The translations under genes and the position numbers were made by a program. 64,000 nucleotides of DNA, taken from contig CALNXY010000002.1 of assembly GCA_942490705.1 (NCBI GenBank), forward strand, positions 103,980-167,979, read 5' to 3'. Under the pieces are notes generated by a model that worked only from the letters and a program-made list of their open reading frames with translations, was not told where the DNA came from and did not search any database. Shown piece after piece: positions 56,705-64,000 of this stretch (position 1 is its first letter; the number at the start of each line of letters is the position of its first letter). Origin of the DNA: an uncultured Caldilineaceae bacterium. Its GTDB lineage: Bacteria > Chloroflexota > Anaerolineae > Caldilineales > Caldilineaceae.

Positions 56705-57042
56705 AAATTGCCAAAAAAAAAGAAAGAAAACAAAAAGTCGCTTCTCGACAAGGACGAAGCGACTCCGCGGTACCACCTTGTTTGCTGATCGAGGCAGATC
56801 GTTTCATTGTCGATATCAAAATGATGCCGACATCTTTCTATATGAAACTGACTTGCCTGAACAACCGTCTCAACGCTGTAACGGGCTGACCCGGACGAAG
56901 TTACTCCCTTTCACTCCATCAACCTTCCCGGCGACTTCTCTGCGGTGCTGATGATCGAAGCTCCCAGCCATGGCCTCGACTCTCTGACATCGACCTTCAG
57001 ATACTCTTCCGGTGCACTGTTATTTACCGTATTCAAACGCTT
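56705..57042 (-). promoter_or_regulatory. T-box riboswitch leader (Val, GUC specifier) controlling valS
   Basis: The minus strand contains, in canonical order: AGAGAG box (56985..56980), specifier context GAA-GUC-G (GUC at 56935..56933), F-box CCGTTA (56884..56879), T-box GGTGGTACCGCG (56777..56766), and a terminator AGTCGCTTC-loop-GAAGCGACT plus TTTTTGTTTTC (about 56765..56711). Confidence 0.9.
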
Positions 57043-57048
57043 GAGGGG

Positions 57049-57077
57049 AGTATACACGGCGCCGGATGGCATGTCAA
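57049..57077 (-). promoter_or_regulatory. Near-consensus sigma-70 promoter driving the T-box leader/valS
   Basis: The minus strand reads TTGACA (57077..57072), 17-nt spacer, TATACT (57054..57049). Confidence 0.7.
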
Positions 57078-57323
57078 AAGCAGCGGCTGAGCGTCGAATA
57101 ATTGGAGGGATCATGTGCCCTGTGGATAGGCGCTTAGCGTAGGATATTTGAGCGGAGAACGTCCGTTATCTACGGGCTTTGCTCGTTTTGGCCAGGATTC
57201 TGGACGTAGGTAAACGGTCCGGGTTCTGTCACGCTCTAATCATTTTTCTTTAATGAAAGGGAAGTATGATGGGCCGAGCGTGTCGAGTTCGCTGCGCTAT
57301 GACATGAAAGGAAGGATTGCGAA

Positions 57324-58007
57324 ATGAGTTATCAGACTGCGACCAACGAGTTCGGCGTACAGCATGCCAGCCAGCTGAATCCCTGGATGGTCTCCATGAA
57401 TGGAGGGAGCGCCGCCGTTGCCGACCTGAGTCAGACAATTCATGCCGCGCGCTTGGGCGATGAATCCGCCTTTGCTGCTCTGGTCTATCAATACCAGGCG
57501 TCAGCCGAGCGAGTGGCGCAACACATCCTGCGTACGGAAGAGGCCGCAGCTGATGCGGTACAGGATGCCTTGATCAAGGCTCACCGCGCCATGCCGCGCT
57601 TCGAGGACGGAAACTTTCGCTCCTGGTTGCTGCGCATCGTTACCAATACCTGCTACGATCACCTGCGCCGGCAAAAGCGACGTATGGCAATGAGCCTGGA
57701 TGAGCTCATTGACGATACCGGACTTGAATTGCCGGCCAAGAACGAAGAAGAGACAATCAATCCGGAGTTTGTGACCATCCACCGGGAAAGCATGGATCAT
57801 TTGCTTGCCAAGATCGACGAGCTGCCGGCGTGGCATCGTAACGTAGTATTGCTGGTCGACGTCCACGGTTACGACTATGCCGAAGCCGCTGAATCGCTTC
57901 AATTGCCGCTGGGTACGGTCAAGTCACGCTTGAGCCGCGCCCGTGCCGCCCTTCGCGACAGTCTCACAGAAGCCGGGCTCGTTCCGGCCCATCTGGCGCC
58001 CCAATAA
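57324..58007 (+). CDS. ECF-type RNA polymerase sigma-70 family factor
   Basis: 227 aa with an AGGAAGGA RBS. Region 2 is ..DALIKAHRAMPRFEDGNFRSWLLRIVTNTCYDHLRR... Region 4 is the HTH ..YAEAAESLQLPLGTVKSRLSRAR... Confidence 0.85.
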   Translation: MSYQTATNEFGVQHASQLNPWMVSMNGGSAAVADLSQTIHAARLGDESAFAALVYQYQASAERVAQHILRTEEAAADAVQDALIKAHRAMPRFEDGNFRSWLLRIVTNTCYDHLRRQKRRMAMSLDELIDDTGLELPAKNEEETINPEFVTIHRESMDHLLAKIDELPAWHRNVVLLVDVHGYDYAEAAESLQLPLGTVKSRLSRARAALRDSLTEAGLVPAHLAPQ

Positions 58008-58010
58008 GGC

Positions 58011-58065
58011 GGTGAGAGGGAGGGATGATCAGACGGCAATGGCGCCCCATTTCTCCTTTCTCACC
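58011..58065. terminator. Hairpin between the convergent sigma-factor and GNAT genes
   Basis: GGTGAGAGGGAG pairs imperfectly with CTCCTTTCTCACC (7 + 4 bp with a bulge). Confidence 0.3.
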
Positions 58066-58073
58066 CCCTCTGT

Positions 58074-58886
58074 TTATTCACGCTCCGCCAACCAAACCGA
58101 TCGCCAGTGGCCCACGCTGACAAAGCCGAGCTTGCGATAGACCGCGCCCGCAGCCGGCGTCTCCCAATAGAGAATCGGCTGCTTGCCATCATCCAATAAG
58201 GACTGACAGAGGGCCGAGCAGACGGCCTGGCTCAGCCCGCGGCCGCGCGCGTCAGGCGGCGTGTAGACACCGCCGATCATGGCCAGGTTGGCCGTCTCGG
58301 CATTGGTGAGCGCAACCGAGATGATGGCGTCTGCTTCTTCGGCCACAAAAATGCGCGTATCGTGCAGCGGGCGCTCGATCGTAGCGGCGCTGCGGCGCAT
58401 CGATCCCGCACCCTCATACAGCGTAAGCAAAGCGCTGAGATCCCCGGCAACGGCCTGACGCACGCGCACCGCTGCGGGGGCCAGCTGCGGCCGGAATGCG
58501 GGGGCGTCGAGCTGCATGAGTTCTTCCTCGCTCACCTTGACTGCTTGGTAGCGGGTCAGCCAGGGGAGGAGTGAAGCGATGCCACCAGGGTTGTCCTGCA
58601 GCCGCTCGGCCGTTATCGTGTGCTGTTCCAAGGTTGCCGCCAGTGCGGCCCAGTCGGCATCAGGCGTGCCGAAGAGCGCCCAACCGCTCATGTAGCGATT
58701 GAGTACGGCGCGCAGCGCACCGTCTTCCCCAAAATCGCCCCAAAATTGGCACAAGCTTTTCCCGAAGCCAAGCGCCTCCAAATTGCCCAACAGATAGAGA
58801 TTCATGGCCGGCTGCTGCGAAAGCAGGGCCACCGTTGCGCGTCGATCTGCCTCACTGAGTTCTCTGATCACGCCATTCCCTCTCAC
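58074..58886 (-). CDS. GNAT family N-acetyltransferase
   Basis: 270 aa. The C-terminal acetyl-CoA binding pattern (..ARGRGLSQAVCSAL..) is typical of GNAT. The start overlaps the upstream gene's stop by 4 nt. Confidence 0.7.
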   Translation of the reverse strand: MRGNGVIRELSEADRRATVALLSQQPAMNLYLLGNLEALGFGKSLCQFWGDFGEDGALRAVLNRYMSGWALFGTPDADWAALAATLEQHTITAERLQDNPGGIASLLPWLTRYQAVKVSEEELMQLDAPAFRPQLAPAAVRVRQAVAGDLSALLTLYEGAGSMRRSAATIERPLHDTRIFVAEEADAIISVALTNAETANLAMIGGVYTPPDARGRGLSQAVCSALCQSLLDDGKQPILYWETPAAGAVYRKLGFVSVGHWRSVWLAERE

Positions 58887-59764
58887 CCATTCGCAGATTC
58901 TTCATCAAACGCCCAGTGACCAGGTCCATGCTGCTCCAGGTAGCGATCAATCGCGGCGGCCATGTCGTCCGCGGCGTCGCGCGGTTGGCGACGCATCCAG
59001 ACGCCGAAATCGCTCGTCCAGGGATCGCCGGTCATGAGGGTGCGCAGCGTCAGGCGTGACATGGGGGCGCCGGCTTCGTTCAGACCAGATTCTGTGTAGG
59101 CAATGGGGATAACGCTGTGGTCATACTCGACTTGACAGAAGGTTGGTTGCCACCGTGGGGCGTCCGCAGACTTCTCCAGATCCAGAAGTACGTACTGAGC
59201 CCGAGCGTCACCATTATACGGCAACCCGACCGCGCCGGGGTTGATAATGCGCCAATCGTCGACCTGCCGATCAAGCGGACGATGGGTGTGACCGCAGATA
59301 ACTACCGGTTCCGTTACACCCGCCAGTGCATCGCGCGCCGCGTCATCCGACATAGCCGGATAGAAACCCACGTGGGGATTGCCCGGCACGCCATGGACGA
59401 GGAAAATCGGCGGCGCACCGTCAAAGCGGATGTGCATGGTTTCAGGCAACGTGCGGATAGCGGCCAGGTGCTCGCAGCGCAGATGCTCTTGCGTCCACCA
59501 GAGAATGGGGAAGCGATGTCGTTCGGTAAAGGGCCACCAGTTGTCGGATGTATTGATGACGCCCACGACCAATTCGTGATTGCCCTGAATGGCGGGCCAA
59601 CCCAAGTCGTCAACCAGGTCCATCACTTCATTGTTCCAGGGGCAGCGATTGATCTGGTCGCCGGCAAGAAAGACTGCATCGGGCGACTGGGTCTTCAGGT
59701 GAGCGAGCGCCGCTTCAAACGCGGGCAGATTGCCGTGGATGTCGGCCAGAAAGGCGACACGCAT
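58883..59764 (-). CDS. Metallophosphoesterase family protein
   Basis: 293 aa. Motifs: DIHGN, GDQINR, GNHE, GHTH. Confidence 0.8.
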   Translation of the reverse strand: MRVAFLADIHGNLPAFEAALAHLKTQSPDAVFLAGDQINRCPWNNEVMDLVDDLGWPAIQGNHELVVGVINTSDNWWPFTERHRFPILWWTQEHLRCEHLAAIRTLPETMHIRFDGAPPIFLVHGVPGNPHVGFYPAMSDDAARDALAGVTEPVVICGHTHRPLDRQVDDWRIINPGAVGLPYNGDARAQYVLLDLEKSADAPRWQPTFCQVEYDHSVIPIAYTESGLNEAGAPMSRLTLRTLMTGDPWTSDFGVWMRRQPRDAADDMAAAIDRYLEQHGPGHWAFDEESANG

Positions 59765-59770
59765 AGGAGT

Positions 59771-60745
59771 TTAGACCTTGCTATTGTGAAGCGGATCGAG
59801 CGCGCGCACCACCTTGTCGCGCTTGGTGGCCGCGAGGTAGGCGCCGAAGGTGTCTTCCATACTGCTGTCGGGATCGTAGCCGTTGTGATAGGCCCAGCGG
59901 AAAAAGGTGATGATTTCCGATTGCGCCGTGACCACTTCCCAGTAGAAGAGTTGGCTGATGACACCGCCCGCCTCCATCATGCCCGTGGTTTCGAAGGCTT
60001 CGAGCGTGGGGCGCCTGTCGTATTCGACCTGATGATGGGTCACACGCCAGCCGCCCGGTTCTTCATGTTCCGGCACGTCGCTGAGGATGGCAAACTGGGC
60101 GCGACAGTCGCCGTTGAGCGGAAGCCCCGCGCTCCCCGGGTTGACGATATGCCATTGCCGGCGCAGGCCATTTGACTTGCCCGTGAAGAAGTCCCAGTGG
60201 GGCATAGAATCGAGCAACTCGGTCGGGTCGTCGTTCCAGCGTACATGGCGGTCGATCTGCACGTGGGTATGGGCAGAAACGAGCGTGGCCTCGGGCAGCT
60301 CTTTGATCTCGTCGACGATTTTTTCCTCCGGCTGGCCATTGTAGAAGCCGACCCGATTGCGTCCGGGCACGCCGTGGGCCACTCGTATGGGCTGCGTGCC
60401 GGGAAAGTAAAGCGTGCGCTCGTCGGGCAGCGCGGCCAGATAGTTGCCACTGGCAGGATCGAGATGGTCTACGAGCCAGTGGAGTTGCCCCCAACGCGAG
60501 CTGTCGTCTGCATTGGGCACGGCGCGCTCGGTGCCCCAGTCCAAATAGTAGAACTCGTGGTTGCCGCGCACGACAAGCCAGTCGAGCTTCCGTACTGTAG
60601 CGACAACTTCCGGGCTAAAGGGAGTGCCATTGATCAAATCGCCATTGAGGATCACGCAGTCGGGCTGCAGGCGCTCCAATTCAGTGCGCACGGCCTCCAA
60701 GGCCGGCAAATTCCCGTGGATGTCAGCAAGTACAGCAATATTCAT
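59771..60745 (-). CDS. Metallophosphoesterase family protein (paralog of the downstream gene)
   Basis: The ORF was trimmed to the ATG at 60745 (MNIAVLADIHGN). Motifs: DIHGN, NGDLING, GNHE, AHTH. The architecture matches 58883..59764. Confidence 0.8.
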   Translation of the reverse strand: MNIAVLADIHGNLPALEAVRTELERLQPDCVILNGDLINGTPFSPEVVATVRKLDWLVVRGNHEFYYLDWGTERAVPNADDSSRWGQLHWLVDHLDPASGNYLAALPDERTLYFPGTQPIRVAHGVPGRNRVGFYNGQPEEKIVDEIKELPEATLVSAHTHVQIDRHVRWNDDPTELLDSMPHWDFFTGKSNGLRRQWHIVNPGSAGLPLNGDCRAQFAILSDVPEHEEPGGWRVTHHQVEYDRRPTLEAFETTGMMEAGGVISQLFYWEVVTAQSEIITFFRWAYHNGYDPDSSMEDTFGAYLAATKRDKVVRALDPLHNSKV

Positions 60746-61005
60746 TGTCACAGATTCCTGCGCATTGAATCTCACGGGAGTCGTCAGCTGCCGGCCAGAT
60801 TGCTGCTGATTCGGCTGTGCTTCCGTGAGAATGTTCGATGATTGTGTAGTCTACTGGCGGGACTGAGAAAGAACAAATGAGACGGCTAGCTGCCAGGTCT
60901 CCCTGTCGCCATGTTGTGTTCGACCTGTCGCCAATGCTTTGCCATGCTGGGGAGCGCCCTATCTTGTGCCGCTATGACCTGTGCCGCTGTGAAAGGAGCA
61001 GAGCA

Positions 61006-62505
61006 ATGCAACCCTTGAATTGGAAGACGAGTAGGCGCACGCAAAGCACGCACGTAATGGTGGTCCCGGCGGTGGCCTTCATTCTGCTTACGCTGCTTGT
61101 CGCCGGTGTATGTATGGGGGCGCCGTCTCCTGCAAATGATGTCGTCCCCAACTTGATCGGTCCGGTCTATCCACCGCCTGGTGGCATCGATGTCGCCTTT
61201 GCAGGTGAAATGGGCCTTGACAGCGGCATGGTCGTCACCTTTACGAACCCAGATCTGGCGCGCTTTGAACACCTGTACTGGGGACCCATGGATGCGTCCA
61301 GCGTTCAGTTGGCGCTAGACGGCGCCGTTGACGCTGCCGGCGAGACGCTCTCTTTTCGCTCAGGCGAGTCTGATCTGGAAAACGGTGTTGCGGTCTGGCT
61401 GGGCGAAGCAGAGCTCACCTACCTGACGAGCGACTGGCAGACTGAGGTCGTTTCCACGCGGCTCACGATGACGGCCAGCGACGCAGGTGGCCCGTTGATC
61501 ATGACTGCGGGCGCAGACGTGGACCGCGAAGAGAGCGGAGCCGTCCTGGACGTGCCGGGTGACTACCGAATCAATCTGTTGATGTCCGTCTATTTCGATG
61601 GAGCATGGCAGCCGGCAAGCGCAGTCTTCAACGATTTACAGACGCCACAGGATCATCAAGTCATCGCTAATCTCTATGACGCTTTCTTTTTCACGGAAGC
61701 GCCGATCACCGATCTGGCGGCCGATAACAGCGGGCCCACCGCGCTGGGGGAGGTAACCAGGCTGACGGCCACGGTCAGCGGCGGGACAGGAATCAGCTAC
61801 ACGTGGGATCTTGGCGATAGCACGAGTGCGACCACGCCGATTGTCAGTCACATCTATCCGACGGTCGGCATCTATACAGCATCCGTGACTGCCTCCAACA
61901 CCGCGAGTCTGAGCACCGTGGCAACGATCGTCGTCGTGGAAGAGCCGATTAGCGGCTTAACTGCGTTGGCTACCACGCCCGTTCGCACGGATGAAACGGC
62001 CAGCCTGACGGCAACGGTCAGCGGCGGGAGCAACGTCAGCTATAGCTGGGCATTTGGTGACGGAGACAGCGGGAATGGGACGATGGTGGAGCATCTATAT
62101 GGCACTGCAGGCAGCTACACCGCAACGGTGACCGCCACCAATGCGCTCGGTTCCACCTCGGCGCAGACTTTGGTCGTAGCAGAAGATCCGCTTCTCGATC
62201 TGACTGCGCTCAGCAATTCACCCGTCAAGATCGGCGAGACGGCGTTCTTGTCCGCAACCATTAGCAGCGGCAGCAATGTGACCTATACATGGGATTTTGG
62301 CGATAGTATAAGCGGTGCTGGCGCAAGTGTGAGTCATGAATACGGGGCTATGGGTGCTTATACGGCAACAGTTTCTGCAGAGAATGCGGTCAGTAGCGCC
62401 ACAGCTACAACCGTGGTCGCCGTTGAGCCCTATTGGGTTTATCTGCCAATTGTCTTTGCCGATGGGTTCAGCGAAACACCGATTTTCACTCCGATTCCGT
62501 GGTAG
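61006..62505 (+). CDS. Secreted/membrane-anchored protein with three PKD repeats
   Basis: Start taken at the ATG at 61006, which follows GAAAGGAG. N-terminal TM/signal (VVPAVAFILLTLLVAGVCMGA). Three repeats of about 85 aa have the pattern T..VSGG..(I/V)(S/T)Y.W.(F/L)GD(G/S)...Y...G.YTA.V(T/S)A.N. Confidence 0.8.
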   Translation: MQPLNWKTSRRTQSTHVMVVPAVAFILLTLLVAGVCMGAPSPANDVVPNLIGPVYPPPGGIDVAFAGEMGLDSGMVVTFTNPDLARFEHLYWGPMDASSVQLALDGAVDAAGETLSFRSGESDLENGVAVWLGEAELTYLTSDWQTEVVSTRLTMTASDAGGPLIMTAGADVDREESGAVLDVPGDYRINLLMSVYFDGAWQPASAVFNDLQTPQDHQVIANLYDAFFFTEAPITDLAADNSGPTALGEVTRLTATVSGGTGISYTWDLGDSTSATTPIVSHIYPTVGIYTASVTASNTASLSTVATIVVVEEPISGLTALATTPVRTDETASLTATVSGGSNVSYSWAFGDGDSGNGTMVEHLYGTAGSYTATVTATNALGSTSAQTLVVAEDPLLDLTALSNSPVKIGETAFLSATISSGSNVTYTWDFGDSISGAGASVSHEYGAMGAYTATVSAENAVSSATATTVVAVEPYWVYLPIVFADGFSETPIFTPIPW

Positions 62506-63586
62506 ACCGCTTTGGCGTGAGATAGAGCGTGATTTCGCTGCGGTTGTGAAAGAGTTGTCGCGCGCCCTGAATCTCGTATGCCCGGCTTAGGATCACCGTC
62601 GCCTGGTCAATGAGTTCCTGCCGCTCGTGGGCAGGCAGCTTGAGCGTCATGATCACCCTGCCGGTGGGGTAGAGGCAACGGGCATAGCCAACCATGAGCC
62701 GGGCCGAGTCTCGTGCATCCATGCGCATGTCGTTCACGATGAGGTCGAACTGGTCGGGCTCATCATCCAGATAGGCCTCGGCCGTCGTGCGCAGATGGCG
62801 GACGCGCGCGTCTGCAGTCACCCGCGGATCCAAATCACCCGGATCAATGGCGGTAACGTATTGCTCATGCTGGCGCAGGATGCGGGTCCAACCGCCGGGC
62901 GAGGCGCCCAGGTCCAAGACGACGCCGCGTGGGGGCAACGTTACGTTGAAGACTTCCAACGCTTCCAGCAGCTTGAACTCGGAGCGGCTGATGCGTTCCG
63001 GTTCGCGCGCATAGCGCCGCATGCCGCCCGCCCAATCCGACAGATTATAAAGTGCCGGCGAGATGCCCAGCAGGGCATAGCCGCCGCCCCAATCGGGCAG
63101 GTTGCCCAGTTTGGGCAGATCGGTTAACAAGACCGAGACGATCTGCTCCGGCGTCCGCACGTTGAGGGGGGCGCCCGTCGCATCGGTGATCAGGCCGGAG
63201 AGCAGGCGGTTAACGTCGAATGGTTTGACGTCAGGCATGCCGAGCACGCGAGTCTGCACGGAAAAGGGTAATGTTGGCTCCACGAAGTCGAGCAGATCCG
63301 CTTTCACCGTCTCCGCCAACGTTTCGAGGTTGACTGGTTCGGTTACCATCCATTCTGCCAGCGGCTGTACGGCCATGATCGGCGCGATGTGGCGCACGAA
63401 AATGGGCGGCTCATTGGCCCATTGCGTAGCCAGCACGAAGAAGTCGACCCCATCGACAAGCAACAGGCCCGGCTCCAGCGTTGTGACCACGCGCGCGCCC
63501 GGCGCGGCGGCAGCAAGTTCTGCCTGGGCCAGGTCGATAAAATCAGCATCGGCCGTCAGGCAAAGCGTAGCCGGCAGTGCATCCAT
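62486..63586 (-). CDS. RlmM-like SAM-dependent RNA 2'-O-ribose methyltransferase (THUMP-like N-terminus plus FtsJ-type domain)
   Basis: 366 aa. VLDLGASPGGWT is the FtsJ/RrmJ SAM motif. Length and two-domain layout resemble RlmM. The 3' end overlaps the convergent PKD gene by 20 nt. Confidence 0.65.
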   Translation of the reverse strand: MDALPATLCLTADADFIDLAQAELAAAAPGARVVTTLEPGLLLVDGVDFFVLATQWANEPPIFVRHIAPIMAVQPLAEWMVTEPVNLETLAETVKADLLDFVEPTLPFSVQTRVLGMPDVKPFDVNRLLSGLITDATGAPLNVRTPEQIVSVLLTDLPKLGNLPDWGGGYALLGISPALYNLSDWAGGMRRYAREPERISRSEFKLLEALEVFNVTLPPRGVVLDLGASPGGWTRILRQHEQYVTAIDPGDLDPRVTADARVRHLRTTAEAYLDDEPDQFDLIVNDMRMDARDSARLMVGYARCLYPTGRVIMTLKLPAHERQELIDQATVILSRAYEIQGARQLFHNRSEITLYLTPKRSTTESE

Positions 63587-63595
63587 GAAAGCTCC

Positions 63596-64000
63596 TTACT
63601 CGCTGATATCGCGGCGGATTTGGTCCGCCACGTTGCGCGCCCGTTCGGCGGCATCGCCCACGTGCTCCGAGGCGTCAAGCAATTCCGCCACGTCCGCAAC
63701 CGGCACCCACTCGGTAATGCGCGGGTCGGCGGCCAAGTTTTCGGCGAGCGGGTTGGCCTCGCCATTTTGCAACGCAGCCCAGGCGACGAGGCTCTGCTCG
63801 CGGATCACCTCATGCAGCGTCTGACGGTCGCCGCCGGCCTGCACTGCGGCCATGAGCAGCCGTTCCGTGGCGGCGAAGAGGCCATAGTCGTGCAGGTTGC
63901 GCGCAATGGGCGCCGGCCAGAAGCGCATGCCCTGGACGAGACGCAGCGCGCGTTGCAGCGCTTCATCCGTGACCAGGAAGGACTCGGGGAGCACAAAGCG
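63596..64000 (-). CDS. purB: Adenylosuccinate lyase, C-terminal part (gene runs off the window)
   Basis: The translation (..MRFWPAPIARNLHDYGLFAATERLLMAAVQAGGDRQTLHEVIREQS..) matches the C-terminal region of PurB-type fumarate-lyase-fold enzymes. The reading frame stays open to position 64000. Confidence 0.75.
   Translation of the reverse strand, partial: RFVLPESFLVTDEALQRALRLVQGMRFWPAPIARNLHDYGLFAATERLLMAAVQAGGDRQTLHEVIREQSLVAWAALQNGEANPLAENLAADPRITEWVPVADVAELLDASEHVGDAAERARNVADQIRRDISE

Noticed and set aside
57943-58140. 65-aa ORF overlapping the 3' end of the ECF sigma gene, considered as a candidate anti-sigma factor
   Set aside because: It has no TM segment and no HxxxCxxC zinc motif, and it overlaps the convergent GNAT gene's 3' end. 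It is most likely spurious.

Overview
This is a 64 kb chromosomal window from a high-GC bacterium (roughly 58-60% by eye, not computed). Gene content, Pro/Thr linkers, a T-box leader and the RhaI-type isomerase weakly suggest a Chloroflexota-like organism. I call 46 protein genes, densely packed. I found no rRNA, tRNA, CRISPR array, transposase, integrase or prophage structural genes. All family assignments come from motifs read off the provided translations; no database search was run.

Layout:
- 172-6540: an L-rhamnose-related cluster (GH78-like rhamnosidase, class II aldolase, RhaI-type isomerase) plus URO-D-like and DUF4037-like genes.
- 6748-23059: a roughly 16 kb catabolic locus with a minus-strand 5-gene operon and plus-strand operons. 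It encodes a DSD1-type PLP enzyme, amidohydrolase_2, M19 dipeptidase, two SDRs, a class-III aminotransferase, two DapA/NAL-type enzymes and one HpcH-type aldolase, an M24 peptidase, a FadR/GntR regulator, a CUT1-type ABC importer and an aldo/keto reductase.
- 23201-33167: housekeeping genes (mtnA, fabI, tyrS, a cysQ-like gene) interrupted by a Cache-fused pentameric ligand-gated ion channel homolog.
- 33484-40590: two tandem paralogous giant multi-domain peptidoglycan hydrolases.
- 40631-64000: scpA, rnc, smc, a menaquinol:cytochrome c reductase-like operon (Rieske, cytochrome b, diheme cytochrome c), valS behind a clear Val-specific T-box leader, an ECF sigma factor, GNAT plus two metallophosphoesterases, a PKD-repeat protein, an RlmM-like methyltransferase and a partial purB.

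Most interesting:
- the signal-peptide-less hydrolase pair, which combines M23, amidase_2 (one intact and two degenerate copies) and a shared glycosidase-like domain;
- the Cache-pLGIC fusion;
- the uncharacterised catabolic divergon with recurring operator-like palindromes;
- a threonine-synthase-like gene whose PLP-binding lysine is replaced by Met;
- a promoter-plus-terminator unit that looks like an orphan small RNA.
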